Assembly (NCBI RefSeq): GCF_001194135.2
Contig: NC_068989.1
Location: 69,999,313 to 70,063,312 of the forward strand
Length of the DNA stretch: 64,000 nt
Origin: Octopus bimaculoides
Lineage: Eukaryota
Reading direction: 5' to 3'
Position 1 is the stretch's first letter, and every line of letters begins with the position of its first letter. A program made the translations under genes and the position numbers. This document shows, in pieces, positions 1 through 13,247 of the stretch. The notes beneath the pieces are model-generated. The model was not told the origin of the DNA and did not search any database. It worked only from the letters and a program-made list of their open reading frames with translations.

Positions 1-61
1 ACACACACACACACACACACACACAAACATACACATATACATACACACATACACATAAATA

Positions 62-456
62 TTTATCTTTTATCTTTTCTTTAACTTGTTTCAGTCATTA
101 GTCTGTGGTCATGCTGGGGCACCGCTGTGAAGAATTTATCGTCGAATGTATGAGCCCCAGTACTTATTTTTTTTTTTTTTTTAAGCCTGGTACATTTTCT
201 ATCGATCTCTTTTGCCAAACCACTAAGTTACAAAAACACCAGCACCAATTGTCAAGCAATGATGGAGGGACAAACACACACACATTCATATATATACAAC
301 CTGCTTCTTTCAGTTTCCCTCTACCAAACCCACTCACAAGCTTTTGATTGACCCAAGGCTACAGTAGGAGACACTTGCCCAAGATGTCATGCAGTGAGAC
401 TGAACCCTAAACCATGTGGTTGGGAAGCAAGCTTCTTAACACACTGTGACACCTAC
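62..456 (-). mobile_element. SINE family A (tRNA-like head, internal microsatellite, short-repeat tail)
   Basis: Diverged copy of a body shared with 1190-1607, 7830-8232, 13260-13430, 19670-19815, 33655-33795, 41838-42000, 45655-45790, 46290-46510 and 58480-58570 (e.g. cacaaggctttggt...gacacttgcccaagg...ctgaacc...accatgtggtt). Confidence 0.8.
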
Positions 457-1189
457 TTGAAGTACTGCCGATATGCCAATATCTACATAGATAGATATAG
501 ATATATGTGAAAGCACATGGCTCAGTGGTTAGAGCATCAGGCTCCCAATGATGAGGTTGTGAGTTTGATTCCCGGACCAGGTTATGTGTTGTGTTCTTAA
601 ACATGACACTTTATTTCATGTTGCTCTACTTCACTCAGCTGTAGAAATGAGTTGTGATGCCAATGGTGCTACGCTGTATTGGCCTTCGCCTCTCCCTTGG
701 ATAACTTCAGTGGTGTGGAGAGGGGAGGTTACTATGTATGGACAACTGCTGGTCTTCCATAAACAAATTTGCTTGGACTTGTACCTCGGATGGGAACTTT
801 CTAGGTGCAATCCCATGGTCAATTATGACCGAAGGGTTCTTTACCCTTACCCTTTTTATAATTTTATATTGCTGAAATGTGGGATTTATATTATGTATAC
901 TGTTTATATTAGTTGGACTGATGTCCTCATCTTGATTGTTACTTTCACTTCATTTCATGTTGTATGCTCCAGCCTTCTTCAGGTGTTTTGTCTTGAAATT
1001 GGTTGTTGTATTGGAATTTCAAACCTAATCCTTTATTTGATGTACAGGGGTACACTGTTCTCTTTCTATTGTCTACATTTTGTGACATTCTTTAGCTTCA
1101 GTTGAATTATGTGAATTACCTTAGTGCCTGGCTAGAACTCAGAAACTCTAAGTGACTGCAATGCATTAACCAATGTCTTTATCTATTAT

Positions 1190-1607
1190 GCTGTTCTTTT
1201 ACTCTTTTACTTGTTTCTGCCATTTGATTGTGGCTATGCTGGAATATTGCCTTAAACAGCTTTTAGTCGAAGAAAGTTATCCCAGGACTTGTAATTATTC
1301 TATCGGTGTCGTTTGACGAACTGCTAAGTTACAGGGACATAAATACACCAGCATCAGTTGTCAAGCGATGGCAGTGGGGATAAACACAGATACAAAGACA
1401 CACACATAGACATGTATACATACATACATATATATATTTATATGACAGGCTTCTTTCAGTTTCCATCTACCAAATCGACTCACAAGGCTTTGGTTGGCCT
1501 AAAGCTATTGTACAAGACACTTGCCCAAGGTGCCACACAGTGGGACTGAACCCAGAACCATGTGGTTGGGAAGCAAGCTTTTTATCACACAGCCATGTCT
1601 GCACCTA
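1190..1607 (-). mobile_element. SINE family A copy
   Basis: Near full-length: cttttactcttttacttgtttc ... ttgcccaaggtgccacacagtgggactgaacccagaaccatgtggttgggaagcaagc. Confidence 0.8.
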
Positions 1608-2068
1608 TGCTAGTATGGCAAAGATTTTGTCCTTCAAATGAGCTGCATTAAAACTTAGATCTAAAAGAACGCTTTTGTACATGTGTGTTTGTGTGTTTCA
1701 GTTAATTATTACTTTAAGAAAATATATGTAGTGTCTTGAGTATTTTCACATCCAAGTTAAAGAACATTGTGAGTGTGTGTCTGTGTGAGAGTGTGTGTTT
1801 CAAGAAAACATCATATGTTGTCATAAGTATTTTTTTTTTTTTTACAATACAAGTTGATTGTTTTCCAGCATTGGTTTATATTTGCTATCTTTTGAAATAT
1901 CCTTTCGTTTTCATTCTGTGAGTTGTATTTTTTTTAATATATTTAAGAAACGAAATTCATTTGAATTTTTCTTTCTTTCGTTTTTTTTTGTTTTTTTTTT
2001 CTTATGTTGTGGGTGGAGCAACTTTGTGTTTGTGTCTTTCATCATTTACTTTTTTTGGTCTTTTGATT

Positions 2069-2490
2069 NNNNNNNNNNNNNNNNNNNNNNNNNNNNNNNN
2101 NNNNNNNNNNNNNNNNNNNNNNNNNNNNNNNNNNNNNNNNNNNNNNNNNNNNNNNNNNNNNNNNNNNNNNNNNNNNNNNNNNNNNNNNNNNNNNNNNNNN
2201 NNNNNNNNNNNNNNNNNNNNNNNNNNNNNNNNNNNNNNNNNNNNNNNNNNNNNNNNNNNNNNNNNNNNNNNNNNNNNNNNNNNNNNNNNNNNNNNNNNNN
2301 NNNNNNNNNNNNNNNNNNNNNNNNNNNNNNNNNNNNNNNNNNNNNNNNNNNNNNNNNNNNNNNNNNNNNNNNNNNNNNNNNNNNNNNNNNNNNNNNNNNN
2401 NNNNNNNNNNNNNNNNNNNNNNNNNNNNNNNNNNNNNNNNNNNNNNNNNNNNNNNNNNNNNNNNNNNNNNNNNNNNNNNNNNNNNNNNNN
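2069..2490. other. Assembly gap (N run); others at about 5181-5334, 11736-11797, 23723-23988, 26552-26705, 37308-37556, 49217-49235, 51662-51780, 52981-53096 and 58033-58042
   Basis: Runs of N, mostly next to microsatellites or homopolymers. Confidence 0.98.
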
Positions 2491-2580
2491 NATATATAAA
2501 AGAATAAAATATGTTAACATCCACTTTTTGCTTTCCCATGCTTGCATGGGTCTGGGTCAAACAGAATTTGTTGGGGTGGA

Positions 2581-2640
<60 letters not shown>
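2581..2640. repeat. (TATC)n microsatellite; representative of many (TA)n, (CA)n, (TACA)n, (TAGA)n and (TC)n tracts
   Basis: Directly visible. Others at e.g. 4166-4340, 5830-5975, 54579-54617, 57516-57568, 58088-58140, 62270-62341 and 62900-62950. Confidence 0.95.
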
Positions 2641-2641
<1 letters not shown>

Positions 2642-4249
2642 CTATATATATATATCCCATGCTAGCATGGAGAATGGATGTTAAATGATGATGATGCATT
2701 TGTGTGTAAGGCCAATTACATATAGAATGGACAATCTTATAACAGACTTAATTGAATTTTATCATCTTTGTGAATGTTTTCAGAAATAGCTAGTGGACTC
2801 TGATTATTGAAAAGTTCTATATTTGGATATTTGCTGTTAGGGTGTGTTATAAGTAATTTCAAGAGAGGGGCTAAGTCAATTTACCCCTCAACTCAACTGG
2901 TACTTATTTTATCAACCCCCTTAAGGATGAAAGGCAAAGTCAGTCTCAGTGGCATTTGAACTCAGAATGTAGACAGATGAAATGTCACTAGGCATTTTAC
3001 CTGGCGTAGTAACAGTTCTGCCAACTAACTGGCATTTTTTTTTTTCTTTGTAAAGATATTAAGGTGTGATTTTGTAATTTGAGCTTGACTTGGCTGATAT
3101 TTCTAGCAGACTTTAGATGAGGCATATTGCTTGTCTCGACAATATTGTTATAAAAGTGATATCACTCATTTGTGTGCCTCATGTTGTTTTTTTGTTTTTT
3201 TTATATACAACTGTAAAATAATTGTTTAACACTTTATAGAAATATTGAAATTAATTCAATGGAATTTGCTTTTATTCATTTATTTTTTTGTAACTTTCAA
3301 TTTAAACGTGGGCTTTATGATAGTATTTTTAGCTTATCCATTTCCTCTTAAATAATTTATATAGGAAAAAGACTTGTGTCTGCATCAGTCTAGTTTTGAC
3401 AAACTTAATTCAGCCACATTTGACTGTTTTTAAAAGGTAAAAGTAATCAATTATTAATGTCTTCTATCCATAAATAAATACAAAGTTAGTTAGAAAAAAA
3501 AAGTCTGGAATTAAAATATTAGTTTTGGTGAGTTTGTGGCATTAATGATGGAATCAGCATAATAGAAGCTTGAAAAGCCTTTAGTATGAGCCTTGATGTA
3601 TGTTAATTTACTTAACTGAGGAAAATATTCTATAACTGCTAATTTTGTTCAACCAGACTCTCTATATATATCTCATTCATTAAGATAGTGAAGTTTTATT
3701 ATTCAGTTTATTTTAAAATTTATTGAGAATTTTTTGTTGTTCTGTTTTTATACATACCAAAGTATATTTCCTTTGCATTAATTCATTGATGTTCACATAC
3801 ATCAGTGATTGTCTTGTTATCCATAAAATAAGTTATAGTTTATAACACAAACATTAGGTACCCTAAATGATTGGAGCACAGCATAATAGGAATGAACAAA
3901 ATCAGTGTGGAATTTTATAACAGATTATACATTTAAATTTAACTAAATAAAAAAAATAAAACTCTACTTGTTTTTATTTGCTTTTTTTTTATTTTCTGCC
4001 TGTAAATTTCTCCTTTATAAACTTTAAAAGATCTTCGATTAATGAATATTATTAGAAAATGTAGTTATGCTCGTCTAAATTATAGCTGAAAATTGCTTAA
4101 AGTCACAAAGTAAGCATAACAACTCTTTAGCAAATCTGATAACAGTTTAACCTTATATGTTTGTGTGTGTACACACACACACACGCACGCACACACACAC
4201 ATATATATATATATACACACACATACATACTCATATATACACACACACA

Positions 4250-4333
<84 letters not shown>

Positions 4334-5334
4334 TACATAAATATACACATATATATACACACACATACATACTCATGCCAGCATGAAAAGCAGACGTTAA
4401 ACAATGACATATATACATATATATATGTACACATGCATATAGACACATGTATGATATATATGTATATATATCATCATCATCGTTTAACGTCCGCTTTCCA
4501 TGCTAGCATGGGTTGGACGATTTGACTGAGGATGGTGAAACCGGATGGCAACACCAGGCTCCAGACACACACACATATACACCCACATATATGTACACAC
4601 ACAGACATATACACACACACATACATATATGTACATACGCACACACATACACATATATATGATATAAAATCAATCACATCCCTGCTATAAGTTAGTGTCT
4701 ATTCAAGAAACAAATTCTCCAGCAGTTATACATGCTTTTTTTCTTACACACTAGCGTAGTGTAAGTTGGATATTTCACCTTACATTTTTTAAGAATTTAA
4801 TTAGGGGGTGATGATGATGACAACAGTAATGTAAGAAAGAAAAGAAAACAAAATGAAAACTATATCAACTAAAAAACAATAATAAATAGAGGGAAAAAAT
4901 TAAACTTGATTACCAGAGAATGAATGTAGAAATAACTTTTACATCACTTACCATGGTATCCGAGGATTTTTTTTTTTTGATTTTTTTTACTGTCTATAGA
5001 TCTCATTTATGAGGGAGAGTTTTGTTATTTTGTTTATGTGTGTGTATTCTTTCTTTTTTTCTGTGAAGAATAAGTTATTTCCATCAACAAAAGATCAAAT
5101 ATCTATAAAAGAAAGAGCCATCATAACTTGTAATTTATATATATATATATATATATATAAATATATATAAATGTTCATTANNNNNNNNNNNNNNNNNNNN
5201 NNNNNNNNNNNNNNNNNNNNNNNNNNNNNNNNNNNNNNNNNNNNNNNNNNNNNNNNNNNNNNNNNNNNNNNNNNNNNNNNNNNNNNNNNNNNNNNNNNNN
5301 NNNNNNNNNNNNNNNNNNNNNNNNNNNNNNNNNN

Positions 5335-5377
<43 letters not shown>

Positions 5378-5825
5378 TGTATAGTTTAGTATATACACCT
5401 ATTTATATACATTGTATAGTTTAGTTATTTGCAGTCTTCCATTCTTTTTCTTCAACTTTTTTCTCTTTCTTTTTGCTTTTCTTTCCACTTTTTTTTTTAA
5501 ACAACCACTTCCATCAGCAATGTGCCTGGAAGCTTAGATAGCTTCAGGTAGTAATAAGTTTACAAACAAGATAACTTACCATGAAATGCAGTGCTTTATT
5601 GTAGATGTCACATCAGCTTGTCATTAAATATAAACATTGAAAAGAAACAATGAGAAGAACTATAGCCAGCTGCTAGGCAGGAGATGGAGAGCATTCCATC
5701 CAACTTGGCTCTCTGCACACTATCCTCTACAGCTATACTAGCAGTAGCACATTCTATTGGTTATTGATGTCGTAATAAATATTGAACTCCACCCACCCAC
5801 TCTCATCTCTTTCTATCTCTCTCTC

Positions 5826-5863
<38 letters not shown>

Positions 5864-5920
5864 CATACATATATGTATGTGTGTATGTATATACATATAC
5901 ACATGCGTACACACATATAT

Positions 5921-5954
<34 letters not shown>

Positions 5955-6095
5955 ACATACATACATGTGTGTGTGTGTATCTCTCGCCTCTCTATAAACT
6001 CACGCTCACACATTTCTCCAAGATCTTGTCCTTTTTTCTTTTTATCTTTTATATGTGATTATCTCTTATATATGAATGTGTTGATGTACATATGT

Positions 6096-6126
<31 letters not shown>

Positions 6127-6437
6127 AGATAATGACATACACTGACATGCATGTCTCTATATGTTGATTTGTATGGATTTCTTTGTGTGTGTGTGTGTGT
6201 GTGTGTGTGTTTGTATTTGTGTGTGTGTGTGTGTGTGTGTGTTTGTATTTGTGTGTGGTTTCCTTTATATTAAAGTTACTCAGTAAGGAAACACCTACCG
6301 TTTGTTGAAATTCAGGCATCAGCAACTTGAGATCCACTATGCTTAAAACAGTATTTTATATTTTCACAGTTCTGTTTGCAGATAGAGTTTAGTGGTTTGA
6401 TATTAAGTGGAGCTGAGAGTCCTTTTACTCTGTAACA

Positions 6438-6760
6438 GAAGGCGTGTGGCTTAATAGTTAGTGTAATTAACTCACGAACATAAGGTCGTGGGTTTGATAT
6501 CCAGCGGCACATTATTTCATTGAGCAAGACTTTCTATTTCATATTACTCCAGTCCACTCAGCTGGCAAAAATATATTGTACTTCAATAGGCCAGCCTTGT
6601 CAGATTCAGTGTGTGACACTGAATCTCCATGAGAACTATGTTATAGGTATGCATGTCTGTGGAGTGCTCAACCACTTGCATGTTGATTTCACAAGCAGGC
6701 TGTTCCATTGATCAAATCAGCTGGAAAACTCCGCATCATAACCAACAGAGTACCCAGCCA
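6438..6760 (+). mobile_element. SINE family B (tRNA-like head gaaggcg(c/t)gtggctta...)
   Basis: A-box/B-box-like head, then ttgagcaagac...ctccagtccactcagctggcaaaaa. Other copies at about 507-840, 18461-18780, 34345-34660, 36050-36370, 39240-39400(-), 55860-56055(-), 57790-57995(-) and 58215-58370. Confidence 0.8.
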
Positions 6761-7217
6761 CTCTGTAACAGCTTCTCAATTTTGTTGCTTAACTCTTTTA
6801 TGTCTATATTTCTAACTGCATTCTGTCTTTTTAGGTTTTAATTTTCAAAATAATTGGAAATTACAAGAAGTTTGGTGAAATTACCAACTTTGAAACTTGT
6901 TAAAAGACAACTATTGTACTCAGAATGGAATATACAAGTGAGATAAAGACTCTGCAAACCACCTCACAATGGTATCCATCTAGGTAGGGAGTTGCTCTGA
7001 ATAACAGTTATGACAGGGTAGATAGGACTCTTTAGTTCTCTTTAGTGCTTCTTGCATGGGATAAACTCCCTAGCACAGTGGTATACTAAATTGTTTCTTA
7101 GAGAGATACAGTGGAATTTGGCCAACCCATGCCAACATGGAAAAACAGATATAAGATCATGATAATGAATCTTATATTATCTTCCTAAGACTCAAATTTA
7201 AAACTTAAGCACTTTAA

Positions 7218-7437
7218 CCCTTTAGCATTCAGATTACTCTGTCAAACATAATCCTTATTTATTCAAATTGATTTGAAATAATCATTCATTATCTCATAGC
7301 TTTGAGATTTCAATGATGTGATAGTATATTTTCAGAAAGACATTATATGGCAGGTGTGAGAGGCTGAATCTGACCAGTTTGAACACAAAGCATGTAGAAT
7401 ATTTGGGCCTGATGTGGCTGGTTTAAATGATGAAGGG
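7218..7437. mobile_element. piggyBac-like MITE family 2
   Basis: TTAA-CCCTTTAGCATTCAGATTACTCTGTC ... GTTTAAATGATGAAGGG. Related copies at about 12145-12337 (reverse) and 32720-32881 (ends taaagggttaa). Confidence 0.7.
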
Positions 7438-7829
7438 CTATGAATGAAGTGATTTGAGAAAGGGTTAAAACATTTAGTATGAATCATACTTTATTGATAT
7501 TATATGAATTTATAATCATAATGCAGGGTATAGACATTCTGAAGCAACTGTCTTAACATGTTTTTCTATCTCAGTGACCTGAAATAAAATATTATTTATT
7601 TTAAAGCTAAGTATAAAATGACATGAAATTGAATCATTCATGGATTGTGGGGAAATTATATAGATGAATGTTGTAGCTCATATAACAGGACATATTATAT
7701 ACTGACACTAAAAACAAATATGCTTGCTTGACATGTTAAACATAGCTGGTAAATTTCCCTATTTTTGTCAGACCCCTATTTTTTCTAAATAAAAATGAGA
7801 TATTGAATTATTTAGTCTTATACTATATC

Positions 7830-8232
7830 TTTTATCTATTATCTCTTACTTGTTATAATCATTTGGCTGCAGCCATGCTGGAGCACCACCTTGAAGGTGT
7901 TTTTAGTTGAACTTATTGTTTTTAAAGCCTAGTACTTATTCTATCAGTCTCTTTTACTGAGCAACTGAGTTACAGAGATGTAAACATACCAACTCCAAAT
8001 GCCAAGCAGTGGTAGGGAGGACAAACCGAGACACAAAGAGAGAAAGAGAAAGAGAGACACACACATAAACAACAGGCTTGTCTCAGTTTCTGTCTACCAA
8101 ATCCACTCACAAGGCTTTGGTCAGCCCGGTGCCTTAGCAGAAAATACTTGCCGAAGGTGCCACGCAGAGGAACTGAACCTGGAACCATGTGGTTAAGAAG
8201 CAAGATTCTTACCACACAGCCATGCTGTACCT
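7830..8232 (-). mobile_element. SINE family A copy
   Basis: Same body and tRNA-like head on the minus strand as 62-456 and 1190-1607. Confidence 0.8.
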
Positions 8233-8944
8233 ATATATATATAGTGTGTGTGTGTGTGTGTGCTGGCTTGGGTATATGCAGGTAGAGAAGTTGGTACTTA
8301 TGCTGGTAATATTCTTAATAAATCTGAACACATTGAGGTGAAGGAATAAAATTACACTTGAGAAGGTTTGATATCACAGAAGGAATAACATTGGATCTAA
8401 ATACCCTCAATAGTCCAGCCTATCTTTATTCCAGATGAAAAATTGATATCAATATGCAAATTGTATGCATGCACCCCTACTTCCTTGTTTGTTCTTCCCT
8501 CCCTCCCTCCCTCTCCCTCTCTGCTTTCATTTGGCCCCTCTTAATTCTTCCCACTCCATCTCTTACATTTTCTCTCTGTCTCTCTTGCTTGACTTCTTCC
8601 TGTAGTTTCTTTAACCCTTTTGTTATCATATTTCCTTTGAAATTCACTGCTTTTGTTTTGAGCAGTTTTGATGTTATTGGAGAGTTTTGTAAAATAACTT
8701 TGTCAATTTTAAGATAGTGCTTACAGCATAAATTAGCATGAAATTTTGATCCAAGGTTTTAATTTAAATTATTTGAAGAAGAAAAAAATGTTGTACCATC
8801 AAACTGAAGCAGTCTAAGCCAGTTTAGTTAACTCCAGTTTTGCCTTGATACACTTGTTCTCATTTTTCTGTTCAGCCTTATCTTTCACCTCTCACACACA
8901 CACACACATCTTAATTTTTGTGTTCCTTTTCATTCTTTCTATGA

Positions 8945-9240
8945 TTCACATCATCATCATCATCGTCAACAACAGTAACATTTTTGCTTCTACTTTTCCC
9001 TGATTGTATGGGTTGGGTTGGCCTGATCCTTTCAACACAGCTTCTTACCCATTCCTTTGTCATCTTTAGAATGTTCACCAGCCTGAGATCAGCTTTCACC
9101 ACTTCTGTCCTTGTTTCATTTAGCTTTCCTCTTCCATAGTCACTTTCGACTTGGATCTCTGGCACTTCTTCACCCATCTTTTATCCCTGTTACACATGAC
9201 CCATGTCATTTTTTTGGTTAAAGAAGCCTACTCTTAACAT
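8945..9240 (-). mobile_element. RTE-type LINE 3' end remnant with (GAT)n tail
   Basis: Degenerate C-terminal ORF (...GRGKLNETRTEVVKADLRLVNILKMTKE...) resembling RTE RGRPRKTWxEVVKxDL, followed by ccaacccaacccatacaatcagggaaaag...gatgatgatgatg. Confidence 0.6.
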
Positions 9241-10819
9241 GCAGCTGTAAACCTAAGACCTCAGTTGAGAGATAGCACTTACCTTTATTAATCAAGAAAA
9301 TCTGAAATAAGTGCATTCTCAGATTAGCCCTAAATGGCTACCACCTTTATCCTTTTTTGGGACACATTTAGTTCACATCTGTTTATTTTTCTATTTTTTA
9401 TTTTCTTTAGCTCTTCCAAATCATTTATCCATAAAATCAGTTGTTAGAGCCCACTTTATGATAAAACTGAGGCAGCTTTTACAGGTGGTTTAACTCATTT
9501 ATGCTCAATGTATGTGGTCTGTACTATTACTTCTTTTGGTTCAATAATACTAACATGATCTAGTAGAGGACATTTAGGTCTTATCTTGCCATTGAGATCA
9601 CATGGTAACATGATCTTCAATTTAATTCACTTCACAAACTCTGACAGCACAGCGAGAGCGAGAACATGACACGTCATTGCACCCACATTGCCTCAGTCTG
9701 GTGGGAGATGGCACAATACGCGGCGCTTTGAAGCAACATTTACACCCACCCACAAGGGCCATGCATTTCAATCCAACTCAGGTGTAGCAGGTGGCTGGGG
9801 ACCCAAAAGATGACAATCTATGCTCAGTCTGGATGAAGCCAGAGGAAACTCTGGTGGAGGTCCAGAGTGCCTAAAAGAGAGAAAGAAAAAAATTATTTGT
9901 TGTTCTCTCTCAAACACACTGTAAAAACCTCCCACTATTTTGTAATTTGTTCTTGTAATACACTTCATCTGTCAGCCTTTAAGGCATTGAAAAAAACGGG
10001 TTGGGAATAATACAGTACACTATCAGTATTTACTTTACTCTAAATTCTATAAAATCACTATTCAAGTTACCATTTGTTTACTAGTCACTCATTTCTCTAT
10101 ATTCCCCCTGTTCTCTTTGTAAGGTATTTTGACTTATTTATCTATTTATTTGGCATATAGTTTTAAATTATTTATATACTTTATATGGCCATTCCATAAT
10201 AGTTATATTCACATTGCTTGTATCATTTTAAAGTTTTTTTTTTTCTCTTAATATTCTTGGTATCTTCATATATGCTTTTGTTGGTCTCTGATTGATCCTT
10301 GCTACCATAATTTTCATTCCTTTTGTCATGTTTTCTGCCAAAGTCATCTTTTCAGAGTCGATAAAATAAGTACCAGTTGAGCACTGGGGTTGATGTGATT
10401 GACTCAACCCCACCCGACGAAATTTCTGACCTTGTGCCAAATTTGAAACCATTATCATGCCTAGTCTAAGCAAAAACTGTCTTTAGGGCTCTTTTTCCAA
10501 ACAAATTTTTTTGTCCTCCTCACCATTTTATCTATTCTTTGAAAATTTTCCTAATCTCCCCATGTACACTAACTGTCACCTGGACTTATGTCTGACATGG
10601 TCCTAGGACTCATAAGGCCAAAACTTAACCTGGCTTCCATGGGGTGGTAGTGACTGAGATTACAATATTCACCCCAGAATGGGACTCAGGGTCTGTCATA
10701 GAGTTAACTTCTCTGCTATTACTGGGATTACTTTACAGCTTAGTGGACTGGAGCAATGTGAAACAAAATTTTTGCTCTAGAACACAACAAATCACCTGAT
10801 CCAGGAATCGGGGCTGCTG

Positions 10820-11330
10820 TAATCAATTTAGTCCCTCCCCCGAAATTGTTGGACTTATGCCAAAATTTAAAATCAATATTAATCAGCTGTAAGACAGTAA
10901 TCTGGCAGACTTATTAGCATGCTGGGCAAAATGCTTAGTGGCATTTTGTCCATATTTACATTCTGAGTTCAAATTCCACCTAGGTCAACTTTGCCTTTCA
11001 TCCTTTCAGAGTTGGTAAAATAAGTACCAGTTGAACACTGGAGTTGATGTAATTAACTTACCCCTTTCTCCAAATTTGCTGGCCTTGTGCTATGATTTGA
11101 AACCAATATTAATCAACTGTATGGCAGTAAGCTGGTAGACTAATCAGCATGCTGGGCAAAATGCTTAGTGACATTTTGTGAGTTCAAATTCCGCTGAGGT
11201 CAACTTTGCCTTTCATCTTTTGGGGGTTGATGAGCAACAGTTGAACACTGGGGTTGATGTAATCAACTTACCCCTTTCCTCGAACTTGCTGATCTTGTGC
11301 CAAAATTTGAAATCAATATTAATCAACAGT
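10820..11330 (+). mobile_element. SINE family C, head-to-tail tandem array (about 2.3 units)
   Basis: Junction aa(t/c)caatattaatca(g/a)c at 10871, 11101 and 11311; core aggtcaactttgcctttcatc...aagtaccagttgaacactgg. Confidence 0.8.
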
Positions 11331-13196
11331 GATTTCTTTTTTTTTTTTACTTTTTTTAATGTTTTTCACTTTAATGTGAAGGCACAGTGGTTAGGGTGCT
11401 GCACTCATGTTTGTGAGATCTCTGGTCTCGATTCAAAGACCAGGTGGTGCATTGTGCTTTCAAAGCAAAACATTTCATTTCCTGTTGCTCCAGTCTGGTC
11501 AACTGTAAATAAGTTCCAGAAATAGCTGGGAAGTGAATCTTTGTGATTTTCGTCATTGTTTACAATTATCTTTTAAAAAATATTTTAATGTATCATATAG
11601 ATGTACTTTTTGACGCTGAATCCGAATTTGTTATTCATTTATTCCAGAAAAATTTTGCCAAAATTTTACAGGTGTTCAAATTTTGATAATTTTCAGAGCC
11701 AATCAGAAAACAGTGTGTACGTTGCCTCTTCCATCNNNNNNNNNNNNNNNNNNNNNNNNNNNNNNNNNNNNNNNNNNNNNNNNNNNNNNNNNNNNNNTAG
11801 AAATAACAGTCAAAACAAAATATACATGAACGAAGTTAACATTAAAATATTTGCAAGCAAATTAAATATTTAAAAGCTATGAACAAACAAACCGACAGGA
11901 GTTGCTAGAAATAACAGTCAAAATATTGTTTAAAACAGACATTTATTAGTTAAAAAAATTCAAGAACAAAAGTTTGCAATACACTCTAGGATTTTATAAA
12001 ATAAACTAGCTTGCCCTTTGCCGTCAAAATTGATGGATAATTGTAGTATTTTATATATAAATATGGATGGTAAATCAAATTAATAGACTTGTCAATGTTC
12101 ACATACATTCACATACTTCCCCATCCCACCAGTTTGTCATCACCTAAATATTCTCCCTATTTTACATTCAAACTGGCCAGATCTGGCCTGCCACACCTGT
12201 CCTACGATGTCATTCTAAATATACACATAATCACATCATCGAAATCTCAAAGCTGTGAAATAATACAAGATTAATTCAAAACAATGTGAATAAATAAGTA
12301 TTACATTTAACAGAGCAATCTGAATGCTGAAGGGTTATGAAGTCTAGACAAGTCTATCTAGCAATGATAGACTAGTCTATCCTGCTAATTAAAAGACAGC
12401 AAAACCTATCAGTTCACTACTGACATTTTCTATCATAGTTTTCAATCACTAACTCTATTTTTCTGTTTTTGTTCTTCATTGACATATAAAAATTATAAAG
12501 TTATATCATCTGTCAAGAAACAGCTGTTTGTTGTATAATCTATCAAGGGAACTATTGGAAATGTTCTATTGTTGTCTTAACACAACTTTCTTCTTTTTTT
12601 TTTATCAAATATGTTGTGATTTGAATATATTGTAAATAGTTATTTTGTGATGAAATCATCTTGGGAAATCATTTTTGATTTCCGTTTAAAGATCCTTCAT
12701 CTCTGCATACTTTCTTCAGATGTAATAATAAAAAATGTAAAAAAAGTTTTCAATTAAATGTAATCTGAATTCAATCCTCTTATACTCAGAAATTTAATAA
12801 ATCAGTGAATTTAAATATAAATTTCAAATTTGGCACAAGACCAGCAATTTTAGGGGAGGGGTAAGTCAATTACATCAACCCCTGTGTTCAGCTGGTATTT
12901 ATTTTATTGACCTCAAAAGGATGACCCTAATTGATAAACTGGTACATTAAACAATATGCTATGTCTTTTTGACCTGTATCTATATTGATAAAAAAACTCT
13001 TTGTGTATCTAAGTTGTTTATCATTAGATCTATGATCAAAATCATTCAAATTGTAACCATCATTTTAGTGGGTACGTCTATAGTTACATTATTTGATGCC
13101 CTTTCTTGATTTAAGATGGCAAGGTGTAATTTGGAGATTTAGCTGCTCTTTCAAGCAGGTTGGTCAGCCATGTTAGTTTTTCCAGTGTTATTTCTT

Positions 13197-13247
<51 letters not shown>

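Noticed and set aside
584-1105. 173-aa hydrophobic ORF
   Set aside because: Its first half lies in a SINE family B copy and the rest is T-rich; no TRPM or other recognisable motif.
1858-2665. Long ORFs containing X runs
   Set aside because: Open only because they span N gaps.
4080-4677. Cluster of overlapping ORFs rich in CV/YI/HT (also 5754-6337, 23164-23484, 57407-57731, 61103-61429)
   Set aside because: Translations of microsatellites.
6438-6520. tRNA-like sequences at SINE heads
   Set aside because: Degenerate, lack a full cloverleaf and run on into SINE bodies; not called as tRNA genes.
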